This document shows positions 24,458 through 32,000 of a stretch of 32,000 nt of DNA, piece after piece (position 1 is the stretch's first letter; each line of letters starts with the position of its first letter). The stretch is taken from positions 2,474 through 34,473 of the forward strand of contig JACDUA010000050.1 in NCBI GenBank assembly GCA_013519935.1, given 5' to 3'. The DNA comes from Ectothiorhodospiraceae bacterium WFHF3C12 (lineage in GTDB: Bacteria; Pseudomonadota; Gammaproteobacteria; Nitrococcales; Nitrococcaceae). The notes under the pieces were generated by a model, which was given only the letters and a program-made list of their open reading frames with translations, made no database searches and was not told the DNA's origin. Both the position numbers and the translations under genes were made by a program.

Positions 24458-25152
24458 GGCCACCTCCCTGATCTATCCAACCTCTTTTTCGCATTGCGGT
24501 CAGAAGCCGCGAGAAACCCGTCCCGACTCGAAGAGCCCTTCCTTCCTCAATTACTATGCGATGGAAAACGCATTAGCCTCGAAAGGAACGACGATCCCGG
24601 GCTTTGACCGCGGTAAACTACGCGCATTTATCACCAACACCGACGACGTCAGTGGTATAGACGCTAATGGAAAGAGGAAAGCGAATGGTATCCGGTGCGA
24701 TGCACGCACATTGAAAGGCAAGAAAACGCCGCATGTCCGCTCTCCCTCCTTGGAGCATGGCAAATGGTTGACACCGCAGCGCCTGGACTCTGGCCTGCTG
24801 CGGCCTTCCTTCTCCTAACATCTAGTACAGGATCGAATGAATTGCAACGCGGATCCGGAAAAGGTTTCGCTACATCAATGTACGCTGCGTAATGAAGCCA
24901 AGTGTGCCCTTTATTGATTCTGTGAGGCCTCGCGACGCTAGCCTATGTCGCCCCCTAGGACTTGGTCCCATTTCAGTATTCGCTAAAATTAGGGCGCAAG
25001 CGGCTCGAGCGAGTCCGACGTCAAGCTTTGCGGCCCTTGCGCCGTTGAGTGTAGCGCTTCGGCTTTGCCATCAGACATCGCCCGCTTCAAGATGGGTTGT
25101 GACCGACGCTTTGTAAGCTCCCCAGTCAAGTAGAGATTCCGGAAACCTCTCT

Positions 25153-25458
25153 ATGTATACGCCCAAACCGATAGACACCCGTTCGATCGTGCTGCCATCG
25201 GAACTGAACGATTTGCAGGAGCGACTCGCAAGGCACGTTCACGACGTATGGGCGACGGCGCGCCTCGCAGAGGGCTGGACGTACGGACCGGAGCGCGATG
25301 ATCAGGAGAAGACGCACCCAGGGCTAGTGGCCTTCGACGATCTGTCAGAAGAAGAGAAGAAGTACGATCGCGCGACGGCCTTAGAGACGTTGAAAGCTGT
25401 TATTGCCGCAGGCTGGCGTATTCAGCCCGCTGGCGGCAGAGCGACAACAGAAGATTGA
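25153..25458 (+). CDS. stand-alone RyR-domain protein (single ryanodine-receptor-type repeat)
   Basis: LARHVHDVWATARLAEGWTYGPERDDQEKTHPGLVAFDDLSEEEKKYDR is the canonical RyR repeat pattern (H..W.......GW.YG..R.....HP.LV.(Y/F)..L.E..K..DR). Confidence 0.8.
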   Translation: MYTPKPIDTRSIVLPSELNDLQERLARHVHDVWATARLAEGWTYGPERDDQEKTHPGLVAFDDLSEEEKKYDRATALETLKAVIAAGWRIQPAGGRATTED

Positions 25459-25641
25459 TGTGCCGCGCTTGCAGCCGTTACAAAGGGCGGATCCGGACGG
25501 ACGGTGGGCTTCGCCACGGAAAACCGGTTGGAGGCTCGGGCACTCGAGTTTCTGACGAGCAATTGATGCGCAAACCTGGCGTTGGCCGTGCGTGCCAGGC
25601 CTAGGTCTTCAGACATCAAGAACAATTAGGAAGACGGACTT

Positions 25642-28600
25642 ATGGCCCGTGTGGACCCACGTCGCCTAGTAGGCGCGCCGTTCCGACTTGTTCGCCGAGT
25701 TCTGGCGCTCGCCCTGAACCGAGTACTGCGTTGGGACTGGCTCCGGCGCAACCTGTGGTGGGTGCAGGGTCTGCTGGTAGTCGCAACACTAGCCGGTGGC
25801 ACGTTCGCATCATTCGCAGTGGGTTTAAGAGAACCACAACAGGGTCTAAACGCCCTGACCCATTTGTACCGCGCTATTCAACTGTTTATCGGTGAGGGCG
25901 GCTGGACCGCTGACCCAGCCGATCTGAACGGGCTTGAGCTTACGGCGCTGAACGTCGCCCGCTTCGCTGGCCCGGCTGCAACAGTCTCGGTGCTGTTAGC
26001 GCTGTTGCGCTCCTTCCATCATCGCGCGCTGTTGTGGGCTCGGCCAAGTGAAGGCCATGTCGTGCTGTGTGGCCTTGGGGACGCCGGTTTCCAGTTCGTG
26101 GAGGCCTGGTTGGATGGCGGTGCCGAGGAGGTTTTGGGGTCGGGGCTTCAGAACTGGCGGCGCGCTGACGAGCACCTGGTCGTTGTGGAGGCTGATCCCG
26201 ACCGACCTGAAGTGGAGGCCTGCACGGAGCGGGGCGTGACGGTAATGGTCGGTAATGCATGCGATCCAGCCGTGTTGAGGGCCGCGAATGTGCAGCACGC
26301 GCGCGATGTGGTCGTAGCGCTACCCGAGGATCGCCACAATATCGAGGCTGCCCTCGCCACCCGGCAGCTTCTGGAAGCCTACCGCACCGACGGGCATCAA
26401 CGAGCGGATCCGCTTCGTGTGTTCGTCCACGTCGACAGCACGTGGTTGAGCGAGCGTCTCGAGTACTTCGCCCAGTTTGGAACCGATGCACCTGCTGCCG
26501 AGATTCGCTTCTTCAGCTTGTACGAAGCCGCTGTCCGCCGAGCATTGGCAGAGCACCCGCCAGACCTCTTCGCCGCCGTCCTCGACCGCCCCAGTCCGCG
26601 ATTCGCGATCTACGGATTTGGCATGATGGGGCAGGAAGTGCTGAGGCAACTGCTGCGGATCGCGCACTATCTACCGGAACAAGCGCCGTCATTCGTCATT
26701 TACGACCAGAACGCGCAGACCCGCGAGGCTGAGTTCAAGCGGCTATTTCCGGAAGTAGACCGCCATTTCGATGTCGACTTCCAGTTGATGCCTGTGGCCG
26801 CTGAGGCGGGACTGACCGTTGAGGGCGCCGCGGAGATCGCGAACGATGTCGTCCAGCATTTCATTTGCTTCGATTCCGATCGGCGTAGCGCGGCGTTCGC
26901 GCTATCGCTGCGTCAGGCATTGCTTAAAGCTGGCCCGGACGCCCATGGAACGCCGCGCAACACACCGCTCATGGTGCGTATGCGCCACCGCGACGGCCTG
27001 GCTACCCTTCTGATGCCGGCACGGCGGCATGCAGCTCCGGAAAACTCGGATACCGAGGAGCGCATCCCTGACAATCTCTACCCGTTCGGAATGGTTGAGG
27101 ACTTGTTTACACCACAGAATCTGTTGGCGAGCCGTTCGGACCAATACGCGCGCACCCTCCACGAGTGCGGATATATGGCGACACGTGCTAGCACGACGCT
27201 ACCAAAGGTGCCCGTTGACGATGACGCCGAAAACACCAGAACTCCGCGAATAACCCAGCTTGCATTCTGCGGCGGCGGCTTGGAACGGGATGGCGCCGAT
27301 ACCTTGCGATTCGTCGCCTACACCGAAACGGGCCGAGCGTTTAGCTTCGACTTGATAACCAGGGGCAACGAACGGGGCGCCATCAAGCGGGCCAGCGATC
27401 ACTCGGACGCGGATCTCACAACTCCCGGAGAAAAAGGGGCTGAACATACGCAGGGGACGCGCGTGCTGGAGCTCACTGTTAAGCGGGGGCGAAGTGGCAA
27501 AGTGACAGAGAGGTTCACGGTTCCAGCCGACGACCCCTCGGCCGTATACCGAGTGGAGGCTGATGGCGATGCCAGGGATTCCAGATGCCGGGCATTTCGT
27601 GTCTTCGGGGAGCGCATCACGGCGCTCGCGACCTCACCGGATCAGACCTGGCTGGCCATGGGCACGGATGCCGGCGCACTCCGGAGTTGGCGCATCGACG
27701 GAGAAGAAAGCGTGCTGCCAACGGCAGCGCGCTCGGGCGAGGTGTGGCGGCGTGCGAGCGGGGTACCCTGGCGCGATCTACCCGCCCGGTTCAAGGCTTC
27801 CAACCGCCGTCAGGCCGATCACATGGAAGTGAAACTGCGTGCGGTGGGCTGCGCGAGCCACCCCAGGGACAAGGAAAGCGGCAAGTCCGACAAGCAGGGC
27901 TACGGATGGTGGCGGACAGCGTTGGAGCAAGACCACAGGTTGCTTGGAGAGACGCCGCTGCTGCGGCTTGCAAGGCTTGAGCACCAAGCCTGGAACGCAG
28001 CGCACCACGCAGCAGGGTGGCGACATGGTGAGCGCCGGGTCGATGCTGCCCGCGTCCATCAGAACCTCATCCCCTGGAGCGACCTCGACGCCGGCACCCA
28101 ATCATTCGATTCGAACCATGTTCGCCAGATTCCCCATGTGCTCGACGGCAGCTTGCGAGATCAATTCTCCGGGATCGATTCGGCTGGCGATACGGACATC
28201 GAGCGTCGTCAGCTCACGCGGGTGGTGCGAGTCGGCGTCATTGGCCCCGGCCCCATTGAGTTCCATCAGCTCGCCAAGGAGTCCGACTGGACAATTGAGA
28301 GAGCTTCCGATGTCATCGCCCAGCGAGCACAAGATAGGCTGAGCGAAATCCGGGATCGTTGGGCCAGTCTGGGCGGCGCGACGTCCATGACGTTAATGTC
28401 GGCCCTACGCGAGGGCGCGGAGCGCTCAGTCGCTGAGCACCTTCTCAAGCCGGAAGGGACACCGACTCGATCCTTGGGCTTGATCGCGGTTCTGCCTCTG
28501 CCTTTCGAAGTATTCGTCAATGATTTCCGCCGCGATGAGGACGACCCGCGCCGTTCGGTCCGCGAGTTCACGGAATTGGTCGCAAGCTCGGATCATTACA

Positions 28601-28998
28601 TAGAGCTACCGCAGCGATTTGGCTCCTTGGAGGACGTTGGTTGGGCCGATCTCAGGGCCGGCTTAAACAAGGCGCGAAGGCTCCAGTATGAGCTCTACGC
28701 GGCTTTCCTTGTTCAACACTGTGACGAACTCATCATCATCCCGGGCGTCACGGATGAAGACTGGGCAGACCGGCTGAAGACGACCGAAACGGGAATGGCG
28801 GAGGCGCAGGCAAGGGTTTGGCACCTGGCACGCGACTGGTGGCGAAACCGCTCCGAGACGTCGGCGCGGATGCCTGCTCGTTACCGTTGGACCACGCACT
28901 ACCGGGTAGCGTTGGACCGTCCAGAGTCCAGCGCCGAGCAACGCCGATCAGCCGAACTCTCCCTAGGCACCAGTATCGGGCATGGAGAGAGGTCGTAG
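25642..28998 (+). CDS. 1118-aa membrane protein: 2 TM, two Rossmann (TrkA-N/RCK-like) units, an unassigned middle, a RyR repeat and a SLOG-like C-terminal module
   Basis: AGGAAG SD. TM helices near nt 25760-25830 and 25950-26010. GxGxxG units at 26059 (VVLCGLGDAGFQF) and about 26601 (FAIYGFGMMGQEV). RyR repeat at 27958-28140. The C-terminal module starts VVRVGVIGPG at 28222. Confidence 0.85.
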   Translation: MARVDPRRLVGAPFRLVRRVLALALNRVLRWDWLRRNLWWVQGLLVVATLAGGTFASFAVGLREPQQGLNALTHLYRAIQLFIGEGGWTADPADLNGLELTALNVARFAGPAATVSVLLALLRSFHHRALLWARPSEGHVVLCGLGDAGFQFVEAWLDGGAEEVLGSGLQNWRRADEHLVVVEADPDRPEVEACTERGVTVMVGNACDPAVLRAANVQHARDVVVALPEDRHNIEAALATRQLLEAYRTDGHQRADPLRVFVHVDSTWLSERLEYFAQFGTDAPAAEIRFFSLYEAAVRRALAEHPPDLFAAVLDRPSPRFAIYGFGMMGQEVLRQLLRIAHYLPEQAPSFVIYDQNAQTREAEFKRLFPEVDRHFDVDFQLMPVAAEAGLTVEGAAEIANDVVQHFICFDSDRRSAAFALSLRQALLKAGPDAHGTPRNTPLMVRMRHRDGLATLLMPARRHAAPENSDTEERIPDNLYPFGMVEDLFTPQNLLASRSDQYARTLHECGYMATRASTTLPKVPVDDDAENTRTPRITQLAFCGGGLERDGADTLRFVAYTETGRAFSFDLITRGNERGAIKRASDHSDADLTTPGEKGAEHTQGTRVLELTVKRGRSGKVTERFTVPADDPSAVYRVEADGDARDSRCRAFRVFGERITALATSPDQTWLAMGTDAGALRSWRIDGEESVLPTAARSGEVWRRASGVPWRDLPARFKASNRRQADHMEVKLRAVGCASHPRDKESGKSDKQGYGWWRTALEQDHRLLGETPLLRLARLEHQAWNAAHHAAGWRHGERRVDAARVHQNLIPWSDLDAGTQSFDSNHVRQIPHVLDGSLRDQFSGIDSAGDTDIERRQLTRVVRVGVIGPGPIEFHQLAKESDWTIERASDVIAQRAQDRLSEIRDRWASLGGATSMTLMSALREGAERSVAEHLLKPEGTPTRSLGLIAVLPLPFEVFVNDFRRDEDDPRRSVREFTELVASSDHYIELPQRFGSLEDVGWADLRAGLNKARRLQYELYAAFLVQHCDELIIIPGVTDEDWADRLKTTETGMAEAQARVWHLARDWWRNRSETSARMPARYRWTTHYRVALDRPESSAEQRRSAELSLGTSIGHGERS

Positions 28999-29500
28999 CT
29001 GCGCTACTTCCCGCTTTCCTCCGAGGACAGGCTTGAGGGGCGCTCTGCGACTATACCTTCTTCACCGTGACGGTGGATTAGGTAGAGCGCCAGCGCGATG
29101 ATGCTGATCCCGCCAGCCAGCATCAGCACGGACTCTTGCTTGAACTCGGGGGACTTCTTTCTACACTTGTTAACGATGGTTCGTTCAAATCCATCGAAAG
29201 CCTCCCACCGGGAGCAGCATTAGTGAGGGAAAGCTCCAGAGGTTCTCCTGGACCAATCGTTCGACAGACGCCCGCTCTAGAGGTGGGCGCGATGGGGCTA
29301 CCTAGCCCGACGCCCCGCTCGCCTATTCAACTCGGCTCCGCCACACGCTCTCATGGTGCCCCTCCGTCGCTGCAACCAAGTGGCCGTAGCCCTAAGGAAG
29401 CAGTACCGTACGACGCGCCCGCTGACCATCCTATATACACGATGGCGCGCAGCCTCAACGGGCTGACGCAACGGCGAACATAGGGCGAGACTCTCCGACA

Positions 29501-30370
29501 ATGCCACACGAAACGAGTCAATATGCCGGACTTATTGTCTACGCTTCCCCCGACAAGGAAAAGGCGCTCCATATTCAGCGCAGTCTAGAAGCGAGAGGGC
29601 TTCTTTGCGCCTTGGCTTCACTAGACACAATCGCCACTGAACAATCCACCCGTTATTTTATCGCGCAACTTAACGTTTCTCTGTGCATCATTCCAATTCT
29701 TTCCACGGCCGCCAACGATTGTCGATACTTTCGGTTCGCAATTTCTAAATCTGTAGCGCTGGGAAAACCAGTCTACCCCTTTCGCGTAGAGGACATGATT
29801 CCATCGCCAGACTTAGAGTTCTTCATCTCGACCACGCAGTGGATAGAGGCTTGGCCAGAGATCTCGCCGAGCCACGTTGAAACCCTTTACACTTCTGTTG
29901 CGCATCATCAAGACAATCCTCGGTCGGGCGAGCCAAAAGCGCACCTCCACAAGAGGCATACACGATGGCCCGTTCGAACGGCGTCTGTAATCGTTCTCAC
30001 GTTCGTCGCGGTATCGGCCGCGAATTGGTGGAGCCCAAACATAACGTATATCGGCAACACGGGCACACCGATTCGGGACATTAACGCGTCAGACATACGC
30101 TTAGAGGCGATACCCTATCTTGGCGCGTACCGCGTCTATATTCGCTTTGGCCCAGGCATAACTGATAAATATTCAATTGAAGAGTCTTTATACTCCCTCG
30201 ACGAGGGCGAGTTTCAGAAAGCGAGCCGCTCCAGATATTTTGGAGTTTCGAGAAAAAATCAGTTAGATTCGGTAAAGCTGAAGCTTAAGCTTCGAAGCGG
30301 AGAAGTTATTGGCCCTTTAGGCCCATATAACGCCCGCGTTCTTCCTGGCTCTTTTGATAGGGAGGGCTGA
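29501..30370 (+). CDS. TIR-like (catalytic Glu missing) single-TM protein, paralogue of the next gene
   Basis: LIVYASPDKEKALHIQRSLEARG...KPVYPF aligns with the TIR of the next ORF. TM helix VRTASVIVLTFVAVSAANWW. The C-terminal YSLDEGEF...GPLGPY motifs are shared with the next ORF. Confidence 0.7.
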   Translation: MPHETSQYAGLIVYASPDKEKALHIQRSLEARGLLCALASLDTIATEQSTRYFIAQLNVSLCIIPILSTAANDCRYFRFAISKSVALGKPVYPFRVEDMIPSPDLEFFISTTQWIEAWPEISPSHVETLYTSVAHHQDNPRSGEPKAHLHKRHTRWPVRTASVIVLTFVAVSAANWWSPNITYIGNTGTPIRDINASDIRLEAIPYLGAYRVYIRFGPGITDKYSIEESLYSLDEGEFQKASRSRYFGVSRKNQLDSVKLKLKLRSGEVIGPLGPYNARVLPGSFDREG

Positions 30371-30506
30371 GTAAGTATCAACTTAGGCCCTTGGGTCTCT
30401 ATAGGAAAGCACTCATTCGAAACGCTCTGGGGGCATGGATGGGTGTCATTGGTGCCCCGGGGCGCAATGCCTGACATATGGGAATGTAATAGAGAAGGCG
30501 TAGCCG

Positions 30507-32000
30507 ATGGTAGGCGTGTCAAGCGAACATGGGCGAAAAAACCAGGCCGCCGAACACAGCGCGTTTATAAGCTACGCGTCTGAAGACCGAGAGACGGCTA
30601 ATTCGGTGTGTAGCGTGCTAGAGCGCAAAGGGCAAAGCTGCTGGATTGCTCCTCGGGACGTACAACCGGGTCATGACTACGGGGAAGAGATAATAAGGGG
30701 CATAGAGCAGTCCCGAGCCGTAATCGTAATTATCTCGGATTCGGCTAATCGATCTGTGTTCGTCGCGCGAGAGGTAGAACGCGCTGTAAGCAAGAGAAAA
30801 CCTGTCTTTCCCGTCAAGACCGACGGGTCGTCTTTGTCTAAGAAGCTTGAGTTGTTTCTCGCCACCGCAAGGTGGATTGATTATAGGGAAGGGGCACTAA
30901 CAGATTCACTCGCCGAGTTGTCTCATTATTTAGATGACGAGAGGGCGCTCGCGGAAGGCGAGGCGCTCTCGAAGCGCGCACTGTGGCGCGCGCGCTTACC
31001 ACGGCTTGCAATGGCGGCAGCGTCGCTATTTGTGGTTGTGGTCGGCGCTGTGGTGGTCGCGAACTGGTATATGGCAGAACTGCTGAAGGATCGGGGTTTT
31101 GACGATACTGCCAGCCTGTCCTCACTTGATACAAAGGACTTTGCGATTGACCGAGTCGATTTCGATTCTCACTCTCCTCCCGCGGTACCGAGTGTATGGC
31201 GTGTCTCTATCCAGCTTCCCGGCCGAGTGCTTCGGGGTCCCTTGACGGAAAGTTTCTTCAGCGGCTCTATTGAGTACTCTCTCGATGGCGAGAGATTCGA
31301 GGCCTCTATAAGCCCGCACTCGATAAGGCTTACGGGGAAAGAACACATACAATATGATCGCATATGGTTTAGGCATGTCGAGCACGATGGCACCCGACAT
31401 GGACCGTTTGGGCCCTATGAACTGGACTTGCGGGATGTGGCGCTGGGGGCCGTAAAAAGGGAGGTGCGCGAAAACGACAAAAGTCTCTCAACTGGATCGG
31501 ATCAAGTTGGCACAGAAAACGGAGAGGCAGAGTGTGAGGCGATGACTGAAATCGCGGATATTTCCTCGGTTACCCGTGACTGCATTATCGAGGTTAGCGG
31601 GTACGGCGACGGCGAAATCTTGGCAGCGGGTTTGAGTGAAGCAGGAGAGTTCAGAGACTTCGTCTGGCAAAACGCGGCTCTCATTGATCGCGTTGAATAC
31701 TGGATAGAGCGTGATGGCGGTGGGGGTGAGAAGGAGTTCGATCAAGGGGAAATCGATATAGCGGGCAGGGAAGTCGATGGGTTTGCGAGTTATGAAGAGG
31801 CGGATGAGTACTGGAAAGAGGCGCTGACGGTTGATTTGCCGCAACATGCGAGACGATTTTATGGACGTCTGGTTCTGATAGATGGATCAGCGACGCTGAT
31901 TGAAAGAGTGGAGGTCGAGGCCGTGGGGTCCGTCATTGACGAGAATTCAGGGGCCGTCATTGATGAGAATCCATTCGAGGCATTTGAACCTCTGCGGTAG
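30507..32000 (+). CDS. TIR-domain (TIR_2-like) single-TM protein with large C-terminal domain
   Basis: FISYASEDRETANSVCSVLERKGQSCWIAPRDVQPGHDYGEEI...VIVIISDSANRSVFVAREVERAV..KPVFPV. The Glu89 codon gag lies at 30771-30773. TM helix LAMAAASLFVVVVGAVVVANWYM. The stop codon is the last triplet of the window. Confidence 0.85.
   Translation: MVGVSSEHGRKNQAAEHSAFISYASEDRETANSVCSVLERKGQSCWIAPRDVQPGHDYGEEIIRGIEQSRAVIVIISDSANRSVFVAREVERAVSKRKPVFPVKTDGSSLSKKLELFLATARWIDYREGALTDSLAELSHYLDDERALAEGEALSKRALWRARLPRLAMAAASLFVVVVGAVVVANWYMAELLKDRGFDDTASLSSLDTKDFAIDRVDFDSHSPPAVPSVWRVSIQLPGRVLRGPLTESFFSGSIEYSLDGERFEASISPHSIRLTGKEHIQYDRIWFRHVEHDGTRHGPFGPYELDLRDVALGAVKREVRENDKSLSTGSDQVGTENGEAECEAMTEIADISSVTRDCIIEVSGYGDGEILAAGLSEAGEFRDFVWQNAALIDRVEYWIERDGGGGEKEFDQGEIDIAGREVDGFASYEEADEYWKEALTVDLPQHARRFYGRLVLIDGSATLIERVEVEAVGSVIDENSGAVIDENPFEAFEPLR

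Noticed and set aside
29004-29123. 39-aa minus-strand ORF (MLAGGISIIALALYLIHRHGEEG...) with one TM helix, convergent with the end of the RyR giant.
   Set aside because: It is too short, has only a weak SD, and has no family signature. It could be chance.
31931-31970. 24-nt tandem duplication (CGTCATTGACGAGAAT... / CGTCATTGATGAGAAT...) near the end of the window.
   Set aside because: It lies in frame inside the TIR-TM CDS (SVIDENSG/AVIDENPF). It is a small coding repeat, not a CRISPR or regulatory array.
1-32000. Looked for tRNA/tmRNA genes, CRISPR repeats, tyrosine/serine recombinases, intact transposases and P-loop NTPases.
   Set aside because: I found no T-loop/acceptor-like structures, no regularly spaced repeats, no R..H..R..Y or resolvase signatures, and no GxxxxGK[ST] in credible CDSs. 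This negative result is by eye only and should be confirmed with tRNAscan-SE, a CRISPR finder and HMM searches.

Overview
G+C-rich accessory DNA of Gram-negative type (lipobox and signal peptides are present). I recognise no housekeeping genes, rRNA, tRNA, CRISPR array or intact integrase/transposase. All calls come from reading the supplied ORF translations and the nucleotide sequence by eye, with no searches run, so every family assignment is motif-level.

About 28 credible CDSs fall into 8-9 small modules. They are separated by at least six decayed IS3-family fragments at 1144-1473, 5455-5604, 9776-10050, 12724-12940, 18273-18374 and 22447-22843. Two blocks are visibly AT-richer than the rest: about 10.05-12.7 kb and 29.5-32 kb.

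Modules, left to right:
1. An orphan Xre/ParS-type (DUF2384) antitoxin whose RES toxin slot is occupied by an IS3 OrfB remnant.
2. A minus-strand cluster: HTH protein, DUF4258-like toxin, UDG-superfamily glycosylase, unknown 165-aa protein.
3. An operon of alpha/beta-hydrolase, caspase (C14) and a beta-sandwich/helical 460-aa protein.
4. An AT-richer insert: 2TM GAF-like protein, cupin-like protein, SAM methyltransferase.
5. An orphan TniQ/TnsD-like gene, then a lambda-type PPP phosphatase, two unknown small ORFs and a HEAT-repeat protein.
6. A secreted coiled-coil protein plus an ankyrin lipoprotein, bracketed by direct IS3-end repeats.
7. An SGNH hydrolase coupled to a signal-peptide beta-rich protein.
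8. A stand-alone RyR-domain protein plus a 1118-aa 2TM / double-Rossmann / RyR / SLOG-like protein.
9. Two tandem TIR-TM paralogues, one lacking the catalytic Glu.

The best candidates for an undescribed system are the RyR module (25.15-29.0 kb), the hydrolase-caspase operon (5.87-9.75 kb) and the TIR-TM pair (29.5-32.0 kb). I did not spot a Walker-A P-loop in any credible CDS.
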